Program-made: the position numbers and the translations under genes
Source of the DNA: an uncultured Methanosarcinales archaeon
GTDB lineage: Archaea > Nanobdellota > Nanobdellia > Woesearchaeales > JAGVZT01
Direction: 5' to 3'
DNA length: 64,000 nt
Assembly (NCBI GenBank): GCA_964419615.1
Contig: CAYQPU010000003.1
Coordinates: forward strand, 2,707-66,706
The notes under the pieces: model-generated
Database searches by the model: none
What the model was told of the DNA's origin: nothing
What the model saw: the letters and a program-made list of their open reading frames with translations, nothing else
Shown here: piece by piece, positions 50,351 to 59,957 of the stretch
Layout of the letters: every line of letters begins with the position of its first letter
How positions within the stretch are numbered: the stretch's first letter is position 1

Positions 50351-51820
50351 TCAGTTTAAAATGTGAAGAGCAAACCTATACTTTATCGGTTTAACAGAAA
50401 CAGTTTCTTCTTGTGAATCATAATATTGAATCTCTTGCTTGCTTTCTACTTCATATGCGTAGTAATTATTCTCATATTCGATTAAGTTCCAGTCATCGGG
50501 TAAATTAGATATAATACATGAATACATATTAGGTGGGCCACCAGGAGTTCCAACCCAGAATTTACACAGATTTACTTCCTGTAAAAATAATTCTTTGTCT
50601 TCCCATATTTTACCATACTCCTCAAAGTCGTATTCCAGCTCAACTTTAAAACTTGGATATATTGAATAAACACCTTTTGCATTATCTGGAATATCTCCCG
50701 TTGTCTTGGGACCACTTTGTCCAACAAGTTTGGAATTGTCACAAACATTTAGTGAGCAGTAGGTAGGATCACTATAGAAACTAAAAAACATGCTTGCTGG
50801 AGTAAAGCAAGATCTGCCTACTGGCAGGCCAGTATAGCTATCTACCCAACCAATTGAACTAGCAAACACTTGCTCACCAGAATCGTCAGGTATAAACTCT
50901 GTAAAACATCTGTCCATCCAAAAAGGATCTGGATTATTAACTTCTCCTTTTCCAATATATACTGCAGTATGACCCTCTTCTTCTCCTTTTTCTCCGGGAT
51001 AGGTTACTGAAACAAAACTTCCAGGTTCTAATCTATTTTTTTCTATCTCTTTTGTTAAGTCATACACATTTCCATGCTCACAAAATCTTTTTGCAGGTCC
51101 GCTGATTTTAGGCTGAGGTGTATTTATTTGTGTTAGTGCAAAGTTATTAAAATCAACAGAATTAAGACCTTTTTCACAATAAACCATATCTGGATCCCCT
51201 CTCTCAACGTAAGGACAATTTCTTTCTACAGCTCTGATTGCAGCTTTGGTTACTTCTTCACAGATATTTTCATCAGGAGTTTCAATTGAGGTTGTGTACT
51301 CGATTTCATTACCCGCAACGAAAAGATATTCTTTATCATCTTCATCCACTTCTTCTTTGAGGATAATTATGTTTGTCATGTTTTTTGGTTTTGCAATAAA
51401 CCATTTTTCATCAAATTCTAGATTATACTCTAATTCTAACTCTTCTTGAAAACTTAAGATATATGGAATTAGATTATTGTTAAAAACAAATTCAAATTCA
51501 GCAACAGGATCTGGTTTGCACTCTTTTCCAAGAAGATTCCATAGATTATAATCTTTAAATTTTCCACATTCGGATTCAGCTGCAATCCCTCCCATCTCTG
51601 CAAGATCTTGGACTGTTTGCTCAGCTGCATATTTACCTGCAAGTTCTGTGTACAAAATGAAACCTTCTCCTTTACTATAAGCTTCAAACAATTCTAATTG
51701 TTCATCTCCTATCTCTTTTTCAATAAGATCCTTTGAAATTAGAATCTGGTAGCTCCACACAAGTGCAGCAATAGCTATAATAATAATCAAGGCTGGAAAT
51801 GCTGATCCTTTTTTATTCAT
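50351..51820 (-). CDS. Large secreted/pilin-like protein with class III (type IV pilin-like) signal peptide
   Basis: MNKKG-SAFPALIIIIAIAALV leader; 489 aa, Cys-containing extracellular domain. Confidence 0.4.
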   Translation of the reverse strand: MNKKGSAFPALIIIIAIAALVWSYQILISKDLIEKEIGDEQLELFEAYSKGEGFILYTELAGKYAAEQTVQDLAEMGGIAAESECGKFKDYNLWNLLGKECKPDPVAEFEFVFNNNLIPYILSFQEELELEYNLEFDEKWFIAKPKNMTNIIILKEEVDEDDKEYLFVAGNEIEYTTSIETPDENICEEVTKAAIRAVERNCPYVERGDPDMVYCEKGLNSVDFNNFALTQINTPQPKISGPAKRFCEHGNVYDLTKEIEKNRLEPGSFVSVTYPGEKGEEEGHTAVYIGKGEVNNPDPFWMDRCFTEFIPDDSGEQVFASSIGWVDSYTGLPVGRSCFTPASMFFSFYSDPTYCSLNVCDNSKLVGQSGPKTTGDIPDNAKGVYSIYPSFKVELEYDFEEYGKIWEDKELFLQEVNLCKFWVGTPGGPPNMYSCIISNLPDDWNLIEYENNYYAYEVESKQEIQYYDSQEETVSVKPIKYRFALHILN

Positions 51821-52351
51821 CTAAGCATCCCCCTCTTTTTGTAGAAGAATCACATCAACTTTGTCAGGTGAATCTGAGTAAAACAAAGGAATACTGATCT
51901 TCCCAAAATTTGCATTCATTAAATCTTCAGAACTTATTGGACTACTAGAACATGATTCTGATCTTATTATTTTAAGTATGCTTTTCTTATTGATAATTGT
52001 TAATTGAGAACATTTGTTAGCTCCAAGTTCATCATAATATCCAAAAGTATCTTTGGTTACTATTTCTAGTTCATCATAATTATCATTTTCTACTGAATCT
52101 GCAATAAGCTTGGCAATCAAAACTATTTCACCTTCAATCTCCACTTCTGTTCGAAGGAAGTTTAACAAATTTTGATTCTGTTTTATTGAACTATCAAAAT
52201 CACTAACTAGCTCATATTCTCTAGAATATTGATTACCACAACCTCTAAAATGCATTGAAAAAATTATAAAAAATAAAAGGAAAATGATTACATAAATACC
52301 TAAAGCTATGAAATCAGCAAGATAGTCAGTGTAAAATCCTCTTTTGTTCAT
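51821..52351 (-). CDS. Pilin-like protein with class III-type signal
   Basis: MNKRG-FYTDYLADFIALGIYVIIFLLFFII. Confidence 0.35.
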   Translation of the reverse strand: MNKRGFYTDYLADFIALGIYVIIFLLFFIIFSMHFRGCGNQYSREYELVSDFDSSIKQNQNLLNFLRTEVEIEGEIVLIAKLIADSVENDNYDELEIVTKDTFGYYDELGANKCSQLTIINKKSILKIIRSESCSSSPISSEDLMNANFGKISIPLFYSDSPDKVDVILLQKEGDA

Positions 52352-52352
52352 T

Positions 52353-52865
52353 TTAACTGCTTGGCATTAATAATTTAATATGAATTATTCCAGGTTCCAT
52401 TACATCATCGTTTTTTATTAATATGTATCTTAATTCTTCAAATTTAATTACTGAACCAGAACCACTGAATCCTAGTCTTGGTTCTAGTAGTTCATAACCT
52501 TCTTTGTTGTAAAAAATCTGATGTTCAGAACTGTCCTCTTTTTTTATTAAAGTGATCTGGGCTGCTGCAAAATCATTGGTCTCTCCAAAATAAGCGCAGT
52601 CATCCGCAACTTTGCTTGTGAACTTAAATGGATCAATAACCCCTGGTAATGGTCTGTCCAGTTCCAAGTCATAATATGAAAAACAATTATTTGAAAACAA
52701 AAAATTATTGATTAGTATACTAGATTGTGCTTCTTGGATGTTAATGTTTACCATTAGCATGCTTCGTACAAGAAACACAATGCTAAGAGCAACAAACAGT
52801 GTAAAAATATATCTAAATATCCTCCATACTTGGTTAAATGTTAAAGTACCAGATTCATCATCCAT
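52353..52865 (-). CDS. Membrane-anchored hypothetical protein in pilin-like cluster
   Basis: N-terminal TM after acidic start; co-oriented, tightly packed. Confidence 0.3.
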   Translation of the reverse strand: MDDESGTLTFNQVWRIFRYIFTLFVALSIVFLVRSMLMVNINIQEAQSSILINNFLFSNNCFSYYDLELDRPLPGVIDPFKFTSKVADDCAYFGETNDFAAAQITLIKKEDSSEHQIFYNKEGYELLEPRLGFSGSGSVIKFEELRYILIKNDDVMEPGIIHIKLLMPSS

Positions 52866-53265
52866 TTATTTCTAGTGCCTCTTCTTTTGCAAAAAACAAT
52901 TGATCATTATTCTCGGGACCATATTCTATGTCATTGTCAATTTCTATAGCATACCAGTATCTATTTGGAACAGTAGCCTCTTCACCAAGATCCCATACTC
53001 TTACTGTATTCTCACTGATTCCAATAGTAAAATTGGTTATGTTTTCTGGGTATTCATAATTAAGCAGATGCGGACTTGCAATAACTGTTTCAATCATAAG
53101 CGAGATATCTCTAGTAAGGTAATTTTTCTCAAATATTGTGTTATCTTTAACACTCCTCACAAATCCAAAAATCGCCATAAAAAAGAAAAATGCAACAGCA
53201 ACATCAAGGATTAGCATAAAGGTCTCATTAGTCATACCTTTTTTATTCAACCTCTTTTTTCTCAT
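52858..53265 (-). CDS. Pilin-like protein with class III-type signal
   Basis: MRKKRLNKKG-MTNETFMLILDVAVAFFFFMAIFGFV. Confidence 0.35.
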   Translation of the reverse strand: MRKKRLNKKGMTNETFMLILDVAVAFFFFMAIFGFVRSVKDNTIFEKNYLTRDISLMIETVIASPHLLNYEYPENITNFTIGISENTVRVWDLGEEATVPNRYWYAIEIDNDIEYGPENNDQLFFAKEEALEING

Positions 53266-53325
53266 TAGAAAGAATCTAGAAACAGTTATTTATAATATTT
53301 TTGAAAAAGCACTTAATTTAACTAG

Positions 53326-54003
53326 TTATTCTTCAATAGAACGAGACTCTGCGTCTTTTTCTTTTCCAAGGTAGACAAAAATTTTACCACTTGTATCTTT
53401 TGTTCTTTGAATATAGATGTTCTGAGTTTCCCAGTTTTGTTCATCAATTCCTTTTCCACCGTTTATTTGTAGGCAATGTGCATTTTTTCCAGTAGCAGGA
53501 TCAATTTTACTCATTTCCTCTCCTTCATATGGATTTAAAACACCTGGTTTTCCCCCAATAAAATAATCTACTCCTTTATATGGTACACACAACTTTTCTT
53601 CACACATCTTCTCATCTTCATTTTCACATAAACATAAGCAAGCCTTTTTTCTGCAAACACCCGGTGGTTCAATAAATTCATCACCTTTGATGCAATCATT
53701 TACTTCTTTATCTTTATTAAATCCAATAAGCATATATTTTGTTCCAATTGTGTAAACAATAGTTCTCTCTGAATGATCTGACTCTAATAAAATTTCAATG
53801 TCTTGGCTAAGTCTACTAAAACTATCTGGTGATGCAAGTGCATAAACCTCTTGGACTATTCCTGGGTTTATTCTGGGAAGTAATGTATCCACACTACGTT
53901 GATAAATCACAACTAGACCCAAAATAACAATGATAACCATAACTAAACCAATAAGTGCTCGAATAATACTGTTCCCTTTTTTATTCAGTTTTTCCAACAA
54001 CAA
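53326..54003 (-). CDS. Pilin-like secreted protein with CLCLC cysteine motif
   Basis: MLLEKLNKKG-NSIIRALIGLVMVIIVILGLVV leader; CRKKACLCLCENEDEKMCEEKLC. Confidence 0.4.
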   Translation of the reverse strand: MLLEKLNKKGNSIIRALIGLVMVIIVILGLVVIYQRSVDTLLPRINPGIVQEVYALASPDSFSRLSQDIEILLESDHSERTIVYTIGTKYMLIGFNKDKEVNDCIKGDEFIEPPGVCRKKACLCLCENEDEKMCEEKLCVPYKGVDYFIGGKPGVLNPYEGEEMSKIDPATGKNAHCLQINGGKGIDEQNWETQNIYIQRTKDTSGKIFVYLGKEKDAESRSIEE

Positions 54004-54245
54004 AATTCATCAGCTCCACAACCACCAAATGCAGGTACACAGTTTAGATTATCCCTTGAATCCCCAAGAGCATAGCATTGACCAGTTCCATCTCCCATTG
54101 CTGGACAATCAGTTAGTCCATGAATATCATCACTTGTTTTTCCAAACCAATTAGTAAATACTCCAATTATAACAAACAAAACCACAATGCATATTGCGGC
54201 AATTATTATTGTGTTTAATGACAGTTCCATTCCTTTTTTTTTCAT
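53985..54245 (-). CDS. Small pilin-like protein (Cys-rich C-terminus)
   Basis: Likely start MKKKG-MELSLNTIIIAAICIVVLFVIIG; C-terminal CYALGDSRDNLNCVPAFGGCGADEFCC. Confidence 0.4.
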   Translation of the reverse strand: MKKKGMELSLNTIIIAAICIVVLFVIIGVFTNWFGKTSDDIHGLTDCPAMGDGTGQCYALGDSRDNLNCVPAFGGCGADEFCCWKN

Positions 54246-54255
54246 AGTATCTCCT

Positions 54256-55242
54256 TTATTCAATATTAATAAAAATAACGTTTCCATCAGCTGTCTCTGG
54301 TGAGCCTTTCATTTTAATGCTAGCAGGTTGTTGGGCTACCCTTAGGCCTTTGGGAATTTCATTCCAATTTTTTCCAACAGCACATCTACCCATCAGAACA
54401 GTGCCAATTGGTTTACTATCTGCTGGATTACCTGTGTGAATCTCATAATCTAAAGATTCACCTCTCTGTAGTCTATTTTTTTCGGTTGTGAAAATATCAT
54501 GACTATAGATTAATTTAACATCAAATTCTTGGCAAAGACTTACCTTTTGACAATCCTTCTTACCAATTCCACCACAAAGACATAAGCAGTTTTTGCCAGC
54601 ACACTCAGGTGGCATTAACACTTTTGAAGATCCAAAACCACACAGTAATCTTTTTGTATCCTCTCCGTTAAATGCAACGATCATGTGATCTTTGTGTAGC
54701 CAGAAATGTGGGAATATTTTTTCTTTATCTCCAGCTATAAGAAGATTATAACCAATGTAATTATCAATAAGTCCAGTAAAATCAGTAAATGTAGTAAAAT
54801 CCATTCCTTGTATAAAAGTAACAAGCTTTTTATCATAATCAATCTCACCCATCCCATCTTCAGTGACTTTCAACGTGATTGTATGATCTCTATACGTAGG
54901 GAGTTCATATTCTAGCCTGTGAATACCTTGATTTTCTTTTTTACCTGAAAGATCAATAGGTTCTTTTATTCCAGAAGTATCATTATAATATAAGTCAAAA
55001 TCTAGTTTCTCATCATTTACCAGGACCCACTCAATAATTACATCTCTTCCAAAGCCTCGCTCAACTGTGAATTTTTGAATTGGACTATTTGTATCATCTG
55101 TAGGTAATCCAATGAGTTTCCTGAATATTGTGGGAATGTCATCTACTTCTCCTCGAATTGGGTATATAATCACTGCAATAATAATCAACATAACAACAAC
55201 TCCTATTGCAGCTTCAATTATGTTTCTAAGCGATAATCCCAT
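54256..55242 (-). CDS. Pilin-like secreted protein with CLCLC motif
   Basis: MG-LSLRNIIEAAIGVVVMLIIIAVI (N-terminus homologous to 53985 gene: LSLxxIIxAAI); CAGKNCLCLCGGIGKKDCQKVSLC. Confidence 0.4.
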   Translation of the reverse strand: MGLSLRNIIEAAIGVVVMLIIIAVIIYPIRGEVDDIPTIFRKLIGLPTDDTNSPIQKFTVERGFGRDVIIEWVLVNDEKLDFDLYYNDTSGIKEPIDLSGKKENQGIHRLEYELPTYRDHTITLKVTEDGMGEIDYDKKLVTFIQGMDFTTFTDFTGLIDNYIGYNLLIAGDKEKIFPHFWLHKDHMIVAFNGEDTKRLLCGFGSSKVLMPPECAGKNCLCLCGGIGKKDCQKVSLCQEFDVKLIYSHDIFTTEKNRLQRGESLDYEIHTGNPADSKPIGTVLMGRCAVGKNWNEIPKGLRVAQQPASIKMKGSPETADGNVIFINIE

Positions 55243-55425
55243 TTTATCTGAACCTCAAAAAGCTTGTTAGATCTTTCCATAAATCTTTTATTGAATCTCT
55301 CATAAAGTAGATTATTCCAATTAATACTAATAATAACAATAAGATTAATGCAATATTAATCAACTTAGACCATACTAACTGTCCTTTTTTCCTCATTTTG
55401 TATATTTTTGATTAATTAGTTTAAA

Positions 55426-56322
55426 TTATTTTTGCATAACTTGTAGTGGTGTAGATTTTGCTTCCAATCTTGTACATCCTAATGAATTTAGATTATCATA
55501 ATCTCCAAGATAGACATATGCATTGTATTCAGCACTTTTATCAGCGCCTATCATATAACCAGATCCAGCGCCCGCCCCTAATCCTAATATGACAAATGTT
55601 GCACCACAAACTGGAGCAGTAAGGCCACAAGTAACTAATCCTACAACAGTTCCAGCTGCAATACCTGCCCCTCCCATTTTTAGAGTCTCAACTTTTTTTG
55701 TTTGGTAGACCCATTTCCAGGCACCAGGATATGCATCTTTGTCCATAAAGAAAATAACAGCTAAAGGATCTGATGTGGTAAAGCGGTCATATGATTCAAA
55801 TTCAGAATTAAGGTAGTGGTCAGTCTCAAAGCTTTCTATATCAGTTCCATAAAAATACTCCCAATATGTATCTTCTCTTGTTGGAATTTTGGTTTCTCTC
55901 AAAAATAACATGAACTGGTTGATCTTAACATCCTCTTCAAAGGTTAACCTAGAACAAACTGCACAATAAGCACCATCCTTTGTTTCAAATAACTCCTTTT
56001 CACCTTCAAGATACATATCCCAACAATCGTACATCTTGTTGGCAATTATTCTCTTAACAACTTCTGGATCATCTTCATCATAATTGATGTATTCTGTTGA
56101 GCATTCTATTTGAGCAGCATTACCATATGGATCAAACAAACCCTCAATTTCTTCTTTTAGCTTGTTTGAACTCATCTGAATGCTTGATTTACATATTTCC
56201 TTGTTGGCAATTTCATTACCTGAAACAATAGTGTCCTTAAAGAAAAACATAATCACAACAGTTACAATTAGTGCAAATATTATCCAGCCAAGAGTACTCA
56301 TTGACATGGCTCTTTTTGACAT
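55426..56322 (-). CDS. Pilin-like secreted protein
   Basis: MSKRA-MSMSTLGWIIFALIVTVVIMFFF leader; C-terminal Gly-rich TM. Confidence 0.35.
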   Translation of the reverse strand: MSKRAMSMSTLGWIIFALIVTVVIMFFFKDTIVSGNEIANKEICKSSIQMSSNKLKEEIEGLFDPYGNAAQIECSTEYINYDEDDPEVVKRIIANKMYDCWDMYLEGEKELFETKDGAYCAVCSRLTFEEDVKINQFMLFLRETKIPTREDTYWEYFYGTDIESFETDHYLNSEFESYDRFTTSDPLAVIFFMDKDAYPGAWKWVYQTKKVETLKMGGAGIAAGTVVGLVTCGLTAPVCGATFVILGLGAGAGSGYMIGADKSAEYNAYVYLGDYDNLNSLGCTRLEAKSTPLQVMQK

Positions 56323-57189
56323 TTATGCCACCACCAAATATGTTCCAATAAACATAATGACTGCAATTCCCAGTCTAAACATCAAATTCTGTTCATTAAA
56401 AAACTTCCCACCAAGCAGAACTACAAACAAGGTTGATAAAGTTAATATTGGCGTTACAAGTGAAACAAAAGTCATTGAAACAGCTTTGATTGCTAAAAAC
56501 CAGGATACTACAGATAAGAATGAAATAAAAAATACAAGAAATTTTTCATCTTTAATGCATTTGATAACCTCTTTAAATCCGTGTTTGTAAGTATGATATA
56601 CGTTTAGATTAATAGTTACAAAAAACCAAATCAATGAACCATATGTGAATATATTCATTTCTCCTGTGAAAAATTTGTCAAAAACAGATCCAATACTGAA
56701 AATAAAAATTGCTATAATATAATAAAGACTATACTTATCCTTAAGCAGGTTTTTTAGAGGCTGAATAATGTTTGAAAAATGGTGATCTGCCTGAAGTACA
56801 TATGCTGAAATAAAAATAACTCCAATTCCAATCATTTGAGTTAAAGTTAGGGATTCTCCTAGAAATATAACTGCAATTAAAGCAACAAAAGCAGGCTTGA
56901 TATTTGACAAAGGTGCTATTAATGAAATCTCTCCGTGTCTAAAAGCTTTTGATGCAAGGAGTATACCAATTGCTGATATAAATGAGTTAAAATATATCAA
57001 GTACAATAATTTGAAATCAAAATTAAAATCTAAAAAAGGAATAATAAATATGCAGAACACTGAATTTAGTAATAGTCTTGTTGATTCAAAATTTAGTGCG
57101 TGTTCATGACATAAGGCCTTTTTTCTTAGTATAGTAAATAAAGTAGCAAAGATTACAGACATCAATGCATAAGCATACCATGGTATCAT
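56323..57189 (-). CDS. EamA/DMT-family transporter (10 TM)
   Basis: 288 aa; two internally repeated 5-TM halves typical of EamA. Confidence 0.5.
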   Translation of the reverse strand: MIPWYAYALMSVIFATLFTILRKKALCHEHALNFESTRLLLNSVFCIFIIPFLDFNFDFKLLYLIYFNSFISAIGILLASKAFRHGEISLIAPLSNIKPAFVALIAVIFLGESLTLTQMIGIGVIFISAYVLQADHHFSNIIQPLKNLLKDKYSLYYIIAIFIFSIGSVFDKFFTGEMNIFTYGSLIWFFVTINLNVYHTYKHGFKEVIKCIKDEKFLVFFISFLSVVSWFLAIKAVSMTFVSLVTPILTLSTLFVVLLGGKFFNEQNLMFRLGIAVIMFIGTYLVVA

Positions 57190-57190
57190 T

Positions 57191-57871
57191 TTAATTCATC
57201 ACAATTGTACATTTTTCAGATAAGTCATAATAAGGAACTATTTCAATCTCTTGATCATCATAAGTGCCGTGCATAAAAGTTGATTTCCAAATAACTGCTA
57301 ATGGTGCTGATGTGTCATAAACATCATCTAGCTTTGTGAACTCTTCCATTTCATCTGAGTCTGGATTTCTTGAGTACAGATGTTGAAAATAAGTTTTATC
57401 TTTTGTTGTTGGTTTATTCCTAACCATCCAAAGATCCAAACCTTGGATTGGACTAATATCTTCAAAATCAATGATGTTGCAAATTAAACAGTAGCTTCCA
57501 ACACCTGTAGTTACTAAAGGAGTACTTGGATAAGGTTGGTTTTCTCCTGCTCCAACAGTATACCAACATTGCACCACCTTGTTAGCCATTTTTCTTTTAA
57601 CAAGATTTTCATAATTATCAGCATCACTCCCTGTAAAATCTTCTTTACTAATTGTATCTCTAGCTGCAAGACAATCAAAATCCGGAATCTTTTCTTTTCC
57701 TATAAGTTTATCTTTTGTTGAGGTTGCAATACTAAACGAACATGCCTGATTCATGATGAAATCATCAGCATCGCTGGCCATTTGCTTATTTAGTGATACA
57801 AGTACAAATCCTCCAATCAAGGCTAATATAATAGAAGCCAAAACAGCCAAAGACATTGATCCTTTTTTCAT
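57191..57871 (-). CDS. Pilin-like secreted protein
   Basis: Likely start MKKG-SMSLAVLASIILALIGGFVLVSL (ORF-track start further upstream). Confidence 0.35.
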   Translation of the reverse strand: MKKGSMSLAVLASIILALIGGFVLVSLNKQMASDADDFIMNQACSFSIATSTKDKLIGKEKIPDFDCLAARDTISKEDFTGSDADNYENLVKRKMANKVVQCWYTVGAGENQPYPSTPLVTTGVGSYCLICNIIDFEDISPIQGLDLWMVRNKPTTKDKTYFQHLYSRNPDSDEMEEFTKLDDVYDTSAPLAVIWKSTFMHGTYDDQEIEIVPYYDLSEKCTIVMN

Positions 57872-58067
57872 TTTGGTATTATGGATGAATAATCTTATCC
57901 AAACCTCCTTTAAAAAATAAAAACAGTAATAACATACCCAAAAGAGATAATATAACAATGATAAGTGTCATGATTGATTGTTTATGACCTTCTCCTCTTT
58001 TATTCATAATATTAAACCATTTTTAAGGATATATAAGTTTTTCTAATAATACTAATACAGAATGGCT

Positions 58068-58212
58068 AGCTGTACCTGGCCTGTTCGTGAGCCAGTTTAT
58101 TTGATGTTTAATGATTTTGAATTCAAACCTAGATTCAATCTGATAAACTGTTCTTTTTTGTCTCTTACGATGAGTCAAGTCTCACTCACTCAAATCTGGC
58201 CAAGGTGCAGCT
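58068..58212 (+). ncRNA. Novel structured RNA-like element, copy B (paralog of 30074-30215)
   Basis: Closing helix agctgtacctggcc/ggccaaggtgcagct; P2 gtgag/ctcac; P3 cagtttat/ataaactg; conserved tcttacgat; compensatory changes relative to copy A in all three helices. Confidence 0.4.
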
Positions 58213-58277
58213 ATCTTATCTTATTGATATTTACTAAAACCATAACCTTTTTAAGCAAAACATTACTCCTAGTTGAT

Positions 58278-58454
58278 ATGGCAAATAATGATTTAACATG
58301 TGCATCATGTGGCATTAGAGTTACTAATGATCAGGCAACTGTTAGTTTTCCCTGCCCAAATTGTGCAAAAACAACTATTACAAGATGTAAGCATTGCAGA
58401 GAAAAGGCTAGCAGATACAAATGTACTGAATGTGGATTTGAGGGACCTAATTAA
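58278..58454 (+). CDS. Zn-ribbon protein (COG2888-like, commonly paired with EF1-beta)
   Basis: 58 aa; CASCG...CPNC...CKHC...CTECG four CxxC pairs; ORF-track N-terminal extension overlaps RNA element B and is spurious. Confidence 0.6.
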   Translation: MANNDLTCASCGIRVTNDQATVSFPCPNCAKTTITRCKHCREKASRYKCTECGFEGPN

Positions 58455-58455
58455 A

Positions 58456-58731
58456 ATGGCAGATGTGATCATAACTCTTAAGGTAATGCCAGAATCTCTT
58501 GAAACTGATTTGGATGAACTCCAAACTCAAATAAAGCAGAAGATTGAAGCTTTTGAAGGGGAAGTTGGAAAAGTGGAGATTCAACCAGTTGCATTTGGTT
58601 TGAAATCATTGAACATTTTCTTTGTTCGAGATGAATCAAAAGGTTCAGTAGACAATCTTGAAGCAGAAGTTGAAGCTATGGAGAATGTAGCATCAGTTGA
58701 AGTGACAGATGTTAGAAGAGCTATTGGTTAA
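58456..58731 (+). CDS. ef1b: Elongation factor 1-beta (aEF-1B)
   Basis: 91 aa; MADVIITLKVMPESLETD... matches aEF1-beta; starts 1 nt after Zn-ribbon stop. Confidence 0.8.
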   Translation: MADVIITLKVMPESLETDLDELQTQIKQKIEAFEGEVGKVEIQPVAFGLKSLNIFFVRDESKGSVDNLEAEVEAMENVASVEVTDVRRAIG

Positions 58732-58790
58732 TTCTTATAATCATATTTTTATCAGTTTATTTTATATATAGAGTTTGATTATCTATTCTT

Positions 58791-59957
58791 ATGAAAGTAC
58801 AAGCAGAAATTTTCAATGATCTCTATTTAGGATTCAGAAGAACTCCTAATTGGGAGAATGATCCAAGTCAATTATTTAATGATATTACTAGTCTCGTAGT
58901 TTTTGGGTTGTCAGAATGCATTTGGAGATGCTGTCATTGTGCAATTGATTATGATTTTTTTGAAAATGGAGAAGGTGCAACAGTTATGGATGAGGATGTA
59001 GCCTTATCTTTGGTTGAAATGGTACCAAAACTTCAACAAACCACAGCAGCTGGAACTGAATTTCCATTGCTAGATGAAAGCATTCGAACAAATGCAATTA
59101 GTAATAAACTAATTCCAAAAAAAATTAATAAAAAATTACATGGAATTGATTATGCAGAACAGTTGCTTGGTGATATGGTAGATCATGTGTGGAGAGACTG
59201 GGGGATTATTGGACAAATGCTTCCAAAAATCCGAGCTACAAAACATGAACGGTTTGTTCGAGTCCCGACAAATGGCTGGGTATTTCCATGGCTTTGGCAT
59301 GAAGGAATAGACATTTTTGATAGTTATTCAGATGATGATTTAAGACAATCTTTGTTATATCAGACTTTGGAGAAATATATTGGAGTTACTTTTGTAGTAT
59401 CCATAGGTCCATTTAATCATGTTGAATATATCAAAAGAAATGTTGGAAATAAAGAGCAGTTGACAATGGAGCGAAGAATAACAGAGTTTAATGAAGTCGC
59501 TGCTTTAATTAAAGAAGATTATCAAGATATTCAAGGTAAACCTGAGGGTGCAGTAACACTTGGATTAGGTTATATTTTTACCCATGCTCAACCAAGTGGT
59601 GTTAAGATTGATGATATTGATTGGGATCAAGTTGATAAAGAAATGGGTGAATTTTGGGGAATTGAAAATCCTCCTTCTAATCTATTAGATAGAAATGAGG
59701 TTGTGCAGTTCATAAGGTCATGGGGGTACGATTATGAACTTGAAAAGCAGGAAGTGTATTTTGAGGGAGAAGCAAAACAGTTTCCTTGGGCTTATAAAGG
59801 ACACAGAACCACAAAATTGGGACCTCATGAGTCTTATCTAGTTGAGTTATATGCAGTACCTGTTGCTGATGGAAAAACAGTTTGGTTTTTTGACAATACT
59901 GTTGACATGTATGGACCGTGTAAAGAGAATGCACATTTTGCATTAAGATTTAATTAA
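58791..59957 (+). CDS. Hypothetical protein
   Basis: 388 aa; CIWRCCHCAID Cys cluster; no family. Confidence 0.3.
   Translation: MKVQAEIFNDLYLGFRRTPNWENDPSQLFNDITSLVVFGLSECIWRCCHCAIDYDFFENGEGATVMDEDVALSLVEMVPKLQQTTAAGTEFPLLDESIRTNAISNKLIPKKINKKLHGIDYAEQLLGDMVDHVWRDWGIIGQMLPKIRATKHERFVRVPTNGWVFPWLWHEGIDIFDSYSDDDLRQSLLYQTLEKYIGVTFVVSIGPFNHVEYIKRNVGNKEQLTMERRITEFNEVAALIKEDYQDIQGKPEGAVTLGLGYIFTHAQPSGVKIDDIDWDQVDKEMGEFWGIENPPSNLLDRNEVVQFIRSWGYDYELEKQEVYFEGEAKQFPWAYKGHRTTKLGPHESYLVELYAVPVADGKTVWFFDNTVDMYGPCKENAHFALRFN

Noticed and set aside
30041-58230. The two ~145-nt repeats could be attL/attR of a 28-kb integrated element
   Set aside because: The copies are only about 75% identical with indels, whereas att sites are exact. 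The differences are structure-preserving compensatory changes. The intervening region carries essential core genes (leuS, ribosomal proteins, RNAP subunits, radA, rnpB) and no integrase.
58062-58277. N-terminal 72 codons of the ORF-track gene 58062-58454
   Set aside because: Overlaps structured RNA element B and uses a poor start. A strong ATG at 58278 yields the expected 58-aa Zn-ribbon protein.
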